Positions 28,236-41,786 of a DNA stretch of 64,000 nt are shown one piece after another. The stretch is taken from assembly GCA_025201805.1 (NCBI GenBank), contig MU619278.1:61688-125687 (forward strand). Direction: 5' to 3'. Position 1 is the stretch's first letter; every line of letters begins with the position of its first letter. The DNA is from Parasitella parasitica NRRL 2501 (lineage: Eukaryota > Fungi > Mucoromycota). Made by a program: the position numbers and the translations under genes. A model generated the notes under the pieces. The model was not told where the DNA came from. It did no database searches and saw only the letters and a list, made by a program, of their open reading frames with translations.

Positions 28236-30751
28236 ATCTCGTATTTGGAAAAAAAATTAACAGAATTTCTTGAGTTGTATAAATAAACTGTACAAAAACA
28301 ATTCGACATCGCTATATGCCCCCAACGTATCGAATACTTCCCCTTGAGCCAATGCTTTGTCTATAGCAAATGTACGCAAATAATTATCAAAACGTCGTAG
28401 TATTTTACTTTCATTTGCACAACAAAACGCAGACGTTTATATATATTTTTCTTAAATAACAATAACTGTTATGTTCTGATAAAGAGCTTTTTTTTTTTTT
28501 TAACAAATTGATTTTTAGATTGTGATATAAATGTTGTGCCAGTGTAATAAAGGGCGTAGCGAAATGTTTTGTAAACGTTATATGAAAAGAAGTAAATGGG
28601 ACTTTCTTTGAATAAAACAAGAAGATTTATATTGACATAAGATATGATCTCTACTTATACTCAAAAATATATCCTAATCAATGTTATCCACAAAACATCT
28701 GATGTTTGACACTTCTTGTCAAACATTATTAAATAACAGCATCTCCAGGACAGATTATTCTCCTATTATACATTGAATAGAAGGTGTTCTCTCAGCATTG
28801 AATGTGGATTTAATGACTATAATAGGCAGCAATCCACAAGTGTATTGAATACGCGGCCCATATGTGTGATTTCAAGAAACTCCATTTAGCCTACATGACT
28901 TTGTAAACATATAATACAAACAGCTCGTGCACTATCGAAGAAATAAGCAGGCGAAATCGCTGTTTTTTACCCTAATGGTTTATTGTTCTCAAAGTGGTAT
29001 CTGCAATACAACTTATATCTCAAATGTTCTGGTTCCTGCTTTAGAAAAGAAAATAGCTACATGAATAAAAAGACTCATTATCATGGCCACGTGCAAAATC
29101 AAATAATGAACAAGAAGCGGAATACTATGCATTATTAAAATCTATGCATTATTAAAATCTGCAGAAAAAAAAACTAGTAAATTCTACATTATATGGCACT
29201 CCAAGTGTAATGTTTACATGCTTGAAACAGTAGATGATAAAGTTTCAAACAATATAAACCAACAACAATATCGCAAAAATGCAAATGGCGAGTCTTAACG
29301 GCTGCTGCTTGTGTGAAAAAATTGCCTGATTATAAATAATTTTGATTTTCCAGAGCAATAAATGTGAACAATGATAGCCAACTTTAAGTTACCTTCAGGA
29401 TATCGCTGGCTATACTAACTACGTGACTCCAGCAAACAATGACACAGTTGTTGTCGAGTTAACAGAGGATCAATATGTCTCTCATCCCTACTGAGGATGA
29501 TGTCGGCCCTGTTATATCTAGTGATATGCATTTGATGACTTGAATTTGTCATCTCTGAATCCCTTCCAAATTAAATGGACATTTTGAACGAAAGAACAGG
29601 TCGTGGAAAATCATTCTTTATTGGCCTCTTCTTTCAATCCACCTACATCGGGATGCATGAATATTCAGTAATTGTGGTGATCCATCCTTGATTTAAATGG
29701 TGAATATTTTTTGCTGACCAATTGCTGAAATCAACATCATTCAGCAAGTATTGTGTACAGTCTGGCTGGCGGCTGCAAAAAATCAAGTTGGCAGCTTGTT
29801 AGCAAATGATTGTCGTTTTGTCTCTCACAACTACGTCTGGTCTACAACTTCCGGAACTACTTCTACTTATGTCATATAATGCTTATGTTGGTGTTTGGTG
29901 GTGTTATATCAATAACATGGCAAGGTCTCACAACAGGGTCTCAGATCCGTCCCAGGGCCTTACAGTAAATTATGGGTAGTCATGATTTACATTATGCGGC
30001 TAGACAGTAGAATCCTAGCGTAATGAATGTGTATATAATACATCGGGAAATTTTTTGGCTGATTCATTGTATCAGACCTTTGAAATAACACTTTTAAAGG
30101 TATACATGTAGCTAGTTGGTGGAAGCAGCGGGTCTAATCACTACCGTTCCTTACAGCAATTGAAACCTGCACCTAAAGAAGAAAAACAAAGTCGACTATA
30201 CAAGGTTTCCTCAATAATGATGAGAAGAATAAAGAGCCAGTGATGGTTTGGTTTGAAGCCTATGGCAAGTATGAAGATGCTCTGAAAGCTTTTGTCGCGA
30301 AGTTCAGGCAAATCTATAAGGCTCAAGTAAATAAGACATACAAGAACAAAGCGAAGCTAGACTTGAAGCCTACATGTGAAGAGTTGAAGTCTCAAAACTC
30401 TGCTATGGCTAATGGAAGAAGGGTTCTTGATGAGGCCATCTATGTAGCATCACAAAAATTGATCTTAAGGTTAAAGCGACCCTCAACGGTATAGTGTTAA
30501 AAAAGCAATTTTCTTTCAGGATGAAATCGATAGATGGATTAACAAAAACAAGTAATAAAATAAAAACACTGTACTTTTCCCTTTCTTTTTCATATCGTGG
30601 AAATAACTTGGACAGCATCAAGCGCTATAACTGCAAGCCGACGATGAAGAAGCATACCAGTACCAAGATACAAAACTCTATTTTATCGGAAAACCATACC
30701 ATATTGGAGGCCGGAACGGAGGCAACTGAGGTTGTCTTGAGCATGACAGGC

Positions 30752-30959
30752 AATCAAGATGTTGCCGAAGTGGAGGCCAAAAATGTGGTAAAATACCCGC
30801 CCCTGGTATCATCTTTGGTGATCTTTCCCCTTAGAAAGATACGAAGAAGAAAGGGAAAAGCACAGTATTTTTATTTTATTACTTGAATACTATGCAAATA
30901 AAGCGTGGCTCAGAGAGCATTTACCACATTTTGGCCTCCACTTCGGCAACATCTTGATT
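30752..30959. repeat. Inverted repeat with ~42-bp arms and ~124-bp spacer
   Basis: aatcaagatgttgccgaagtggaggccaaaaatgtggtaaaat (30752-30794) matches the reverse complement of atttaccacattttggcctccacttcggcaacatcttgatt (30919-30959) except for two 1-nt homopolymer indels. Confidence 0.9.
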
Positions 30960-31099
30960 TTTACTAAAAATCCAGTTTGCACAACATTCAATTCGTAAAG
31001 GCGTTATCCAATGAAACCAACGGAACATTTTTCGTATTTGATTAGAAATAATTTTTTTGTGGGTTTTAGACATTTCTTTTCTCTACTCAATTATTTACA

Positions 31100-32785
31100 A
31101 TGGGCTTTTTCCAATCGATTTTCAGCAAGGATAGAGGGGGACACCACGTAAAAAAAGATGTGGTTACTCCCAAAGACATGGCCATTACAGCAGCCACAAC
31201 TCCAGCACCAATAAATCACAGCACTAGCGCAACAGAAGAAACCGTACCCGATCAACCTCTACACAGTCGTCGTAGTAGTCGTCATAGCATCTCTTCACAG
31301 CACATTTTACCAGCAACTAGCCCAACTATTCCATTGTCCCCTCAGCAATCTAGATCCACAAGCACGCACCCCAGTTCTCCTCCCTTATCACAGCGAACAT
31401 CTAGCGAAGCAGCCCGTCGATTCCAATTATTCGAGGATGGCACACATACCCACCATCTGACGCACCCGGCTCAAAATCGGATTGCTGCCTCGCTCAACGG
31501 CCTTGTGACAGGGATCGCTAACAAATCCTTACGCCTGACACAGTGGGCCGAGCGAAAGGTGTCTATCGAGGAAATTATAAAGGAGCGGGCTGCATTAAAT
31601 GCACGCTTGCATCGCAAAGCAAGCGAAAGAACTCTGGCTGAAAAGTGGGGCACGTGCCAGGAGACCGTTGGGAAGGGCACGTCTGGCGTTGTCAGGGTGG
31701 CTCACAAGACGGAGGGAACAGGTGAACGTTTGTACGCCGTGAAGGTATCGTAAAATCTCATTTTCACTACCACTATATACATATATATTTATATATAAAA
31801 ACCACTCATTCTCTCACGTACACACAATCATCAGGAGTTACGCAAAAGGGCTCAGGAAACAGCAAAAGATTATATAAACCGATTGACCTCAGAGTACTGC
31901 CTATCATCGACAATGCAGCATATAAACGTCATCCGAACTTTTGATCTGCTACCTCAGAATGAGACTTCGCCAATATTTTGCCAGGTGATGGAGTACAGCG
32001 GTGGTGGTGACTTATTCGATGTCCTGTATGACTCTCCAGACGGGTTGGGTGTAGCAGAAGCAAACTGTTTCTTCAAGCAATTAATACGCGGCGTTACCTA
32101 CTTGCATAACATCGGCGTAGCTCATCGAGATTTGAAGCCTGAAAATCTGCTTTTAACAACAACCGGATGTCTCAAGATATCTGATTTTGGATGTGCTGCT
32201 TGTTTCAAGGGTGCAACTGTGGACAGTGATGGAGAAGAAGACGACGATGAAGAAGCATGTTCCAAGATCCACCTCATGAAAGGGCTGGTTGGATCAGAGC
32301 CTTATATTGCGCCTGAAGAGTTTATTAAGGAAAACTACGATGCACGCCAGGTTGATGTCTGGAGCTGCGGTATCATTTACATGGCCATGCGCAAAGCTAC
32401 ACATCTGTGGCAAGTTGCCAAAAGCGGAGAAGACGAGTCTTACGACAAGTATCTCAAATTTAGACAGCTTTTGGATGAAGAAAGAGAGAATGCTAGAAGA
32501 GAACATTCCCAACGAAAGAATCTAGAAAAAACGCTGACCGAGGAAGAACGAAGTCTAGAACGAGCGAAAAGAGAAGCTGGTGTGTTGAAGGCTAGAGAGA
32601 CGATTCGAAAAAAAGCACGCGAAGGAAGATTCGATACGTTGGAAGGAATCGACATTCAGGCCAAGAAGGTTGTTTACCGCATGTTGGATCCCAATCCAAA
32701 CAAGCGCATTACTGCCAGCGAAGTGCTAGAAACAGATTGGTGCACAAAAATATGGTGCTGTCAGCCCGATGAAGTAAGCGCATAG
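31100..32785 (+). CDS. Hal/Npr1-family Ser/Thr protein kinase (Sat4/Hal4-like)
   Basis: GKGTSGVV, YAVK, TSEYCLSSTMQHINVI, HRDLKPEN, ISDFG, GSEPYIAPEEF, DVWSCG. N-terminal EDGTHTHHL motif. Intron at 31745-31833. Confidence 0.92.
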
Positions 32786-32855
32786 ATATAGATTCTTGTT
32801 TTTTTCTCAAGTGTATTTTATTGAACTGTATATATGATAATAATATGATAATAAA

Positions 32856-35001
32856 TTAACTCTTTAAAGAGGAAGACGATGATGGCGCTAAACTACTAAT
32901 GGTGGTATAATCGGTAACTGCGGTATTGGTATCACAGACCATTTGCAATCGTTTTCTATCCTTTTCTAAACGCTGGCATTCTTGGTTTGCCTTTAAATTC
33001 TCCTGTTCTAGGATGTCTACTTTGTTTTTCATGTCCAACATGCGTTCAACGAGTGCTGTGAGTGCATCTTTCGACATTATTTGCTGGTGCTGTAGCTCCT
33101 CGTTTTCCTGTTTGAGTTGGCTGTTTTCTTTTTTCAATTCAATGCACTCCCGCTCGTATTTTGTGTTGTGGAATGCGCTTTCCATTGTGAGTTTAAGGGC
33201 GTCTCTCTCTGCTTCGACGTCCATCTTGTCCAGCCTTACTTGCATCAAGTCATCTTTCAATTCAATGGCTTCTCGTTGCGCTTGAGACAATGCCAGCAGT
33301 AAATCCTCGATTTGATGGTGCAGCTGCGATACATCCGGCTCACGCAGAGACGAAATAGATGCTCGGTCTGAGTCCATAGATTTCTTTGGCGGCGCACTGC
33401 TGTACCAAGACATTGTCTTTTTCTTTCGATTGTTTTGGCGTGTCTCCTTTGTGTTCCTAGACCAGAAATTGAACCGAACAGCCAGCACTTGTTCCGTTTG
33501 CTTCTGCTCTTGCTCTAGTTCTGTAACGTAGGTTTCTGCTATGTGGTCCATCTTTTCTTTGGTGATAAGCCCACTTAATTCGACTGCATCTGAAATAACT
33601 TGGGTGGGATCGTTATTATAGGCATCGTATAGTTTGTTGGACAAAAAATCCAGAATATCTTCAAACTCTGTCAACTGCATCAGCTTTGATTCAGAGCGTT
33701 TTAGCATGGCAATCGATACACGCATGATTGTCTCGGCAGCGCCTTCTGCAAATACAATGTCGTATATTCGAAGAATCAGCTCCATGGGAAAAGCGTACGC
33801 AAATAATGTTAAAAACCATTGCGACGCATACATTGGCACGTTAACCTCATGAAGCTTTAAAAAATCAGACAAATCCGGAAGAATCTGGCCCAACAAACTT
33901 GAAAACTGGTACAGTCTCAACTGTAAACCCTCCATATTCAACGTAAACATAGTCCTCATCTCATAAGTCTCCATCAGCCTAGTTGTAGCTCATTAGGTCT
34001 AATGCATATATACGGTAGCTTTTTGATTGTGTATTTTACTTACCTCACAAATACACAAAAGGCCTGTTGTTCGGGCATCTACATGATAAAACGGGGTTAT
34101 TCAGAATGATGTATGGGTAGATTCAAGGAGGATCTTACATTCAACAATAAAGGTCCAACTAGAAATGCCAAACCTTGGCAATACCCAACTAAAGAGTCAT
34201 ATAGACTGTATGCTTTCAAGACTCGTTCCAGCGCTTGCTGTCCTGTGCCACCTTCTTTCTTAAACATCTCAATGCCGGGAAATGTTCTGGCTAAATCACG
34301 CTGAATGATGCGTTCATACGGCGAATGTTCAGCAACTAATTGACCGTATACCGTTTCCAAGTTTAAGGAAGCAGACTGCGACATGGCTTGCCAGATAACG
34401 CCTCTCACTTTGGTAGGAATGCCAGCTCGCAATTTGGCTGAAACGAGATGAGGCAATTTGAGTGCAGCTACACTAAAATCTTCGGTAAGTGCAGTCCAGA
34501 ACTCCCAATCGATGTTGTCTTTTGCTGTAGCCTCATCGGCTGAGGTAACAGCTAGGTTTTGGATCGTAGACAGGTGGCATTTAAGCTGATTTGACTGAAT
34601 ACACACTGATTTTGGGTCCTCATCCAACTTTGCATTTTGTCTTTCAATCTGAGCAAGAATGAACTCTATCGAATCCTGTGTGTTTGTATGCTTATTAGCG
34701 TATAATAACTAGAAAACAAAAAGTGCATCTGGGCTACCTGTGGCGGTAGATTAGCATTCTCTTCCTCTAATCTTGGTAGTAATTTAAGGTCTCTTTCTTT
34801 TTTCAGGTGAGAGGCCGTATGTAGGCTGTTTGTCCTTCGCCTGCTCGTTGGACCACCACGCAACGAACCGCTTGTGGTTCTTGTCGGCGACAATAAGAGA
34901 TTGTGTCTGATAGTCGAGCTTTTTGAGGTGCGTAAATGAAGTGGCGGTCTACGAGTGTATTCTTCTTGCTGCTGTTCGAAAGCGTTTGCGAGTTTAGACA
35001 T
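32856..35001 (-). CDS. TBC-domain Rab GTPase-activating protein (Gyp5/EVI5-like)
   Basis: GIPTKVRGVIWQ, IQRDLARTFP, GYCQGLAF, MYASQWFLTLFA and a C-terminal coiled coil. Spliced. Confidence 0.92.
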
Positions 35002-35130
35002 GATATAAAACCTTGAAAGGGGTGGGGGGGGGAACAAGGCACATGTTTTTATTTAAACTGATTTTATAATGTGCACAAATCGCTGCAAAACTCCGTTTTT
35101 ATTTGTGTGTGTGATGTACAGTAGTTGGAA

Positions 35131-36039
35131 TTAGGTACGCAACCAATATAAAATAATGAGGATTGTACAAGCAGAAACTACGCCTGCCATGATCAGAGTA
35201 TCGCGCTTTCGTCTAGTATTAATTCTCGATATAATATTGTTGATGCCAGGTATGCGATCTTTTTTTTTTTTTTTTTTCGGTGTAGTCAGTGAATCGTAAC
35301 ATCCATTGTTCTGATTGCGATTTACTTACTAACGATCCCTCCAACTCTTTGATTCACTCCATGCATAATACGCCCTTGTCTGGATACATCTTGTCTTGTA
35401 GCGTACGCTTGTCTATCAGATTACCATCAGTACAAGCCCCAACCCTCTCTTTCTTTCTTTCTGCAGGCCTACTCACTCCAAGACCATGTCTGTCATACGA
35501 TGGGAGCTCTCAATCCGATTGCGTTCTGTCAAGTAATAGTCTGCATTGTCTCTATTTCCTGAATTAAATGTCCTGATTTCATCCTGCACTTGGTTCATTA
35601 GATCCGCTCTATCCCTTGCCAGCTTTATGCTGGCTTTAACTCGTCGAAAATCTTTGGTATAATCATACAATATGTCTTTATGTCTGCTCAACAGGTGTAT
35701 CATGGATGGATTTGTAGGTGTGGCGCTGGGTCTATCCAGAAAATCACCCATGCGAGCAATTACATCTTGCAACTGGATACAAAGACAATCAATAACCCAC
35801 GCAACCTAGTAGCATAGCGTCACAAGTACCTTTGTTAACTGTTCCTGGGTCTTGGATTCCTGTCCTGTGTTGTCGAGGCCTGTGGATTGTCCGAGTTTCG
35901 ATAATATCGCGAGTTTGTTTTCAATTTCTCCCTCCAAAGTTCGGGCTTCTTTTCGCAGCTGGTCCCAAGATTGAGTCAGTGTGGTGTTTTGGTTTGAATC
36001 AAGTAAAGGTTCGAGTGAAGGAGAAGGGATCCTTTGCAT
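35131..36039 (-). CDS. GOS1: Golgi Qb-SNARE Gos1/GOSR1
   Basis: SWDQLRKEARTLEGEIENKL, HLLSRHKDILYDY, ERNRIESSHRMTD, PGINNIISRINTRRKRDTLIMAGVV and a C-terminal TM anchor. Confidence 0.92.
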
Positions 36040-36293
36040 TTTCGTTTTGTTGGGTTGAAAAAGGGAGTGAGGGAGAAAATTGAAAAGCGGCTATCAAACA
36101 GTGGTATTTCTAGCAGTGACAACTTTCAATGCAAATTACAGCCACTTTAGATTAAACATATTCAAATAGATGCAGCTATTTGAGGATGTGATGTAGCTTC
36201 TTTTGTCACAATAAGCAGTGAGTGTAAGACAAGCGCTACACAGTGTTATATCACACAAGCAGCGAGATCATTTATATTTAAACAAAACTTGGT

Positions 36294-36931
36294 TTATTGT
36301 GCTTTATTATCATCTGTTGCGGTATGGGATCTAGCAGTAGAAGATGTTGGCGATGTAGTATTAGTGTTAGCTTTTGTGTTCGCATTCGGATCAATCAATG
36401 TTGGTCTGGTTGTTAAAGCCAAAAGTCGTTTATCGGTATAGCCAGACTGGAATACAGAGATTAACATAGAACATTCATTTACCATGGTACAAGGACTTAC
36501 ACTTAACAAATCTTGCTCTCTAGGCACTCGTATCTGTAACATGGTTTGGTTTTTCAAACTTTGCTTCAAAACTCGTTTTAATGAATCATCTCTGTTTAAT
36601 AGACACTTCCACAACCCATCAAACCCTTTGTATTGCAGAACCATGCCAGAGATTGAATTATCTTGAAACGATAGCTTCAACCAAGCAATAAGTGGCTCAA
36701 TGGTAGCATCGGCTGTAGTTTGTTTTGGTTTTTTTAAAAATAAATAAAAGATTAAATGGCTATATTGCTTTGGATAGCCTTTTGTGTACTTACGAGACAA
36801 CTGAAAGTATAGTGTACGAGTAAAGCCCAAATGATTTACTTCGATAATGACGCCGCTAGGTGGTGCCTGTGCTGTAGCAGCAGTCTTGGTATTGTTTGCT
36901 TGCACTTGAGCAGTTGCATCTGCTTGTTGTG

Positions 36932-36965
<34 letters not shown>

Positions 36966-37434
36966 ATGTGTCTGCTGTGGACTACATATACAGGAAATTT
37001 AGTATGCAAGATGAGGGGAGACAAATTAACTACATGTACCTAAAGGATTGTGGTCTCTCTGCTGATCCATCATTCTGTGGGGTAGATTGTGATGGCCAGC
37101 CTTGCGTGCTGTTTGTATTGCTATTTATCAGATGAGCAGGTTGTTGTTGCTGCTGTTGCTGGGCCTGCTGGAGCAATTGTTGCTGTTGAAACAGCTGGTG
37201 TTGTTGTTGCTGCTGTAGTAGTAATTGTTGCTGTCTTTGTTGCTGTTGTTCCAAGAGTAACTTGTTCTGCTTTTCCAGCTCGAGCTGCTGCTGCTGCTGC
37301 ATTTGCAATTGCTGTTGGTGCTGTTGTTGCTGCTGTTGGCTATTCACCAACGCATTCATACCCTCAATCAACTTTCTGACCTCAGCTAAATCATTAGCTG
37401 CTGCTTCTGTAGCTCTGTCCATGGCAAAATTCAT
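36294..37434 (-). CDS. Q-rich protein with C-terminal PB1-like domain
   Basis: Exons splice in frame through polyQ tracts into GVIIEVNHLGFTRTLYF...MVLQYKGFDGLWKCLLNRDDSLKRVL, a PB1-like pattern. Confidence 0.65.
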
Positions 37435-39218
37435 GTAGTAGAAGTACAAAGTAGTGAAATAGAAAGATAAGCCAAATAAGAGGGAAAAAAAAAATTTATG
37501 AGAAATATATAGAGCCGGGATAAAAAAAAATTAACCCCTTCTCATTAGGTTATCTATAGGCAATAAACGGTGGCCCTTGCTTTTTTTATATATCCCTCAC
37601 TGATGTGCTGATTTGTTGCATCTTCTAGAAGGATCACATAGTCTACGGTTGCTTGGCAAGAAGATTATTTGTAATAGACCCCAGAAAAAAATTGTGTATT
37701 GTGCATTGAGACATCAAAGATTTTTTTGTCCAACCATTTACAATTTTTAATAAACCTGAAAGCTGTATAAATTGATTATATATTTTGGAATAGATGAGGA
37801 GCTAATGGTTTATGTTTTCGTGTTCTCATCAATAGGGTAACACGTATCGTCGAGTTTATGCATTACTACTGTATTAAACCTAATTAAATGTATATGAACA
37901 ACGATCTATGATTTGCATGAGCGTGTATTGATGATATTTGCTATTTATTGTATCTTTGTATGAAAATTATCACAGAAAGGGCCCCTATTCAAGCCATTAT
38001 ATTGTAAATATGATAACACATAAATCATATAACCATTTATTTAGTTAAAATGCAAAGCTTTTTGTGCAGGTAATAAAGAAACGCTTTAAATACAAAACAA
38101 GTTATAACTTTTTGCTATATGTACATATATTCTTTATTTTAGTTGTATCATAGCCGATAAATGCAATGGTATGTATATCGAAAGAATCATTCTTTATATT
38201 AAGCCCGGCTACTTGCCTTTATTACACATCAAAATGATACAATTCCAAGAACTGACTTTAACATAAATGCATAACCTCGCTGTGCAAGTCAAATGATTTG
38301 AAATCCATTGAAAAGGTGCAAGTAGATAATAGAAGCAGCTTATAACAGGAAAATTTTGCTGTCTATTGCGTATCCACCAGAAATATGCACAAACCGGCCC
38401 ATTGAAACGCTTATTGAGCCGTTTCTGGACGTTTCTAATGTTCAAAATTGCATTAGAACGGCTTGTCTTGATCAGCAGATGTATTAGAGTGCGTTTTTGA
38501 TGGGTTTGCAAATGTTCATTTTTTTGGCGATTTTGCATGAGGGGTACCTCGTCCAAAATTGCTTTTTCAACAAATGTCGATTTTTTCCCTTGAAATTGAG
38601 ATTTTTCATTATGGCTTCTTAAGACACAAATGGTGGTAGGTGTTCACTATTTCATATACAATAGTTTAATTTGGCTGCTCAAGCCAAGTCTTTAGATGTT
38701 TTCCCAAAAAACTGATTTTCCATATATTTGAAGATAGTGACCCATTTACGCCATTTTCTAAAAGAATAAAAATGAATTTGCATAGAACAGCCAAGCTAAC
38801 GCATAGTTAGTAAGAATCAAAAGGTCTGCTTACTATCAACTTTGTCATGAAAAAAACTTTCAAGAGATGAAAATTTTCCAAAAATGGACAAATTTTGTTC
38901 CAGTGAGCAACTGGGAACAAGGTAGCATTGTGTTTTTAACCCCCGCCTAAAGCTTACATTTACTGTATTCAGCTTGGGATGGTTAAAGAAGAGCGATTTC
39001 AAGACGAATGACTAGCATTAGCACGTGTAAAAACAGATATTGTGTACGAGACAACCTTTGGGATATGTTTAAACTCCAAAAAGAAAAGGAAATATTTAGT
39101 CGAAATTTCCTGCAATCATAACAATTTGTAACGTCAAAAATTGGTGTTTATCAGTACATCATGCAATATAATTGCTGTGATAAGCAAAATAAAACTATTT
39201 AGCCGCTGCCGTGTTTGT

Positions 39219-39330
39219 ATGAGTCATTGGCGTTGTAAAAATACGACCAAGTCAAGACGTGTGTATCATTATCCGATACAAGCTTTTATTATTCAAAATG
39301 ATCAAAATCAGACTCATCACAGTGAGTCAT
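39219..39330 (+). promoter_or_regulatory. Gcn4/CpcA response elements upstream of HIS7
   Basis: ATGAGTCAT at 39219-39227, GTGAGTCAT at 39322-39330 and a near-match AGACTCAT at 39310, all 100-210 bp upstream of an amino-acid biosynthesis gene. Confidence 0.7.
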
Positions 39331-39426
39331 CCAAGTCACTACGCCGACTTCTTGGGAAAGTTATCCATCTACTTGCTTTGACACGTTGTTTATATTTTTT
39401 TTTTTTGACTATCATCAAAATCAAAC

Positions 39427-41088
39427 ATGCCTGGTCTTTATATGCTTGATTATGGAGCAGGAAATGTTCGCAGTTTAGTGAACGCTATCAATCATCTGGG
39501 CTACGACATCACCTTTGTCAAAGAACCATCCGATATTGCCCTTGCTGATAAACTTATTTTTCCTGGCGTAGGAGATTTTGGGTTTGCTATGCGTGCTTTG
39601 CGCACAAAGGGTTACGCTGAGCCTTTGAAAGCTTATATTGCATCTGGAAAACCGTTTATGGGTATCTGCGTTGGCATGCAAACACTATTTGAAGGTTCTT
39701 CCGAGAGCGATGAACCTGGCTTGGGGGTCATCCCGGGCAAGACGATTCTATTTGACAACTCAACAAAGGCAGTTCCTCACATGGGCTGGAACCACACACA
39801 ACTTTTGAAAGAACAACCCGATGGATCGGTAGGAGGACAGTCTGTCAATTACGACATTGATCAAGACAAAGTGTACTACTTTGTCCACTCATACGGCGCA
39901 CGCTATTCTGAGAAAAATAAGGATTGGGTTTTGGCTACTACACAATATGGCGACGAAGTCTTTATTTCTGCTGTTCAAAAGGGTAATGTTTTCGCCACTC
40001 AATTCCACCCGGAAAAGAGTGGCTACGCTGGCCTCAATCTCCTGAAGTCCTTCATTTCAGGCACTGGCCTAGTCGACGAAAAGACAGTGACATGCAAACC
40101 CCCCACCAAGCTTGAACAAGACACATTTAATAGACGTATCATTGCTTGTTTGGATGTTCGTGCCAACGACAGCGGTGATTTGGTTGTTACCAAGGGCGAT
40201 CAATATGATGTCCGTGAGACTGAAGGCGGCAATGACGTTCGCAATTTGGGTAAACCGGTCGAATTGGCCAAGCGTTACTTTGACGAAGGTGCTGACGAGA
40301 TCACCTTTTTGAATATCACAAGTTTCCGCAACTGTCCCTTGGGGGATACGCCTATGCTGGAAGTTTTGAAACGTACATCTGAAAGCGTCTTTGTGCCTTT
40401 GACTATTGGTGGTGGAATCCGTGATGTTACTGATCCTGATGGCACTGTTCACCCTGCCTTTGAAGTTGCTGGCGAGTACTTTCGCTCTGGTGCTGATAAG
40501 GTATCTATTGGCAGTGATGCTGTCTACTGCGCAGAGAACTTTATTGCTAGTGGCGGCAAGAAGAATGGCACAACTGCCATTGAGACAATTGCTGAGGCGT
40601 ACGGCTCCCAAGCGGTTGTCATCTCTGTCGATCCTCGTCGTGTGTATGTCAAAGATCCCAATGATACCCCTCATAGCACCGTCAAGAACTCTATCCTAGG
40701 ACCTAATGGCGAGCAGTATTGTTGGTATCAATGTACTGTCAAGGGTGGCCGCGAAGGCCGTGATTTAGATGTGATTCAATTAGTCACCGCCTGTGAACAG
40801 CTTGGAGCTGGTGAAATCTTGTTAAATTGTATGGATCGTGATGGCACCAATTCTGGTTTTGAGCTGGAGCTTATTAATTCAGTAAAGAAGGCAGTAAAGA
40901 TTCCTGTTATTGCTTCCAGCGGTGCAGGTCGCGTCGAAGATTTTGTTGAAGTCTTTGAAAAGACGGGTGTTGAAGCTGCGCTGGCTGCTGGTATTTTCCA
41001 TCGGCATGAAGTGCCTCTTCAAGATGTCAAAAGGTTTGTGAAGGGATCTGGTATTGCAGTTAGACCTATTGATACGACCACTTTGTAA
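39427..41088 (+). CDS. HIS7: Bifunctional imidazole glycerol phosphate synthase HisH-HisF
   Basis: [61 protein letters not shown]. Intronless, 553 aa. Confidence 0.98.
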   Translation: MPGLYMLDYGAGNVRSLVNAINHLGYDITFVKEPSDIALADKLIFPGVGDFGFAMRALRTKGYAEPLKAYIASGKPFMGICVGMQTLFEGSSESDEPGLGVIPGKTILFDNSTKAVPHMGWNHTQLLKEQPDGSVGGQSVNYDIDQDKVYYFVHSYGARYSEKNKDWVLATTQYGDEVFISAVQKGNVFATQFHPEKSGYAGLNLLKSFISGTGLVDEKTVTCKPPTKLEQDTFNRRIIACLDVRANDSGDLVVTKGDQYDVRETEGGNDVRNLGKPVELAKRYFDEGADEITFLNITSFRNCPLGDTPMLEVLKRTSESVFVPLTIGGGIRDVTDPDGTVHPAFEVAGEYFRSGADKVSIGSDAVYCAENFIASGGKKNGTTAIETIAEAYGSQAVVISVDPRRVYVKDPNDTPHSTVKNSILGPNGEQYCWYQCTVKGGREGRDLDVIQLVTACEQLGAGEILLNCMDRDGTNSGFELELINSVKKAVKIPVIASSGAGRVEDFVEVFEKTGVEAALAAGIFHRHEVPLQDVKRFVKGSGIAVRPIDTTTL

Positions 41089-41786
41089 ATATATAAACAT
41101 AAAATCAAAATGAGCGACGTCTCCTTACTACTACTATCATTATAACCGTTGTTACTAGTATCCGTATTTCACCTTTTTGCATGATTTATCATGAGCACGC
41201 GTCAATTAAACGAATTAGACAAAATAAGACCGAGAAAAAGTGGCATCAGGGGCATATTCCAGAATCCATAGCATATGCCATGCCGTTTTATGGATCCTTG
41301 AAAGTTCTTTTTATAAACTGTATTACTCTGATGCAACACATTTCATTATACGACAATGAAAACATACACTCTTTTTTAAGGGGTAATAACTCTTGCACTA
41401 GAGTCATTGTGCATGACGATGTAGACATTCTTGTCGAATCATTGGAGTTGAAACAAACATCTTGAAGATTGAAATGCCTGCTATCAGAAATCAAATGTTG
41501 GATAGAGCCACTAGCAGGCAGGAGGTGGCATTTTGATTCTCTTTATTTGGAGTTGTAAGAGTAATCTTAAGGTTTTGCAGGAGGGAAGGAGTTGCAGACG
41601 CACCAGGCAGCTTTCTATTTTGAGTCACCTACCAAGTGTATTTCACTTGTGTGACGCTCTAGTCACCACGTTCTTGTCCGTATATCAGCAACAAGTATAC
41701 ATTAAGTCCCTTGGTTCCTAGATCCTTTCCTTCTTTCTTTCCTTTTCTTCTTTGTTATTTTGACCATTTATTTATAAATTGAATAA

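Noticed and set aside
30240-30886. Two ORF-like fragments upstream of the kinase
   Set aside because: No ATG or splice model and no recognisable domain. Probably a decayed repeat-family gene; cannot be assigned.
40069-40674. 201-aa antisense ORF within HIS7, and similar antisense ORFs within NUM1 and the TBC gene
   Set aside because: Shadow ORFs caused by codon bias of the sense gene; no motifs.
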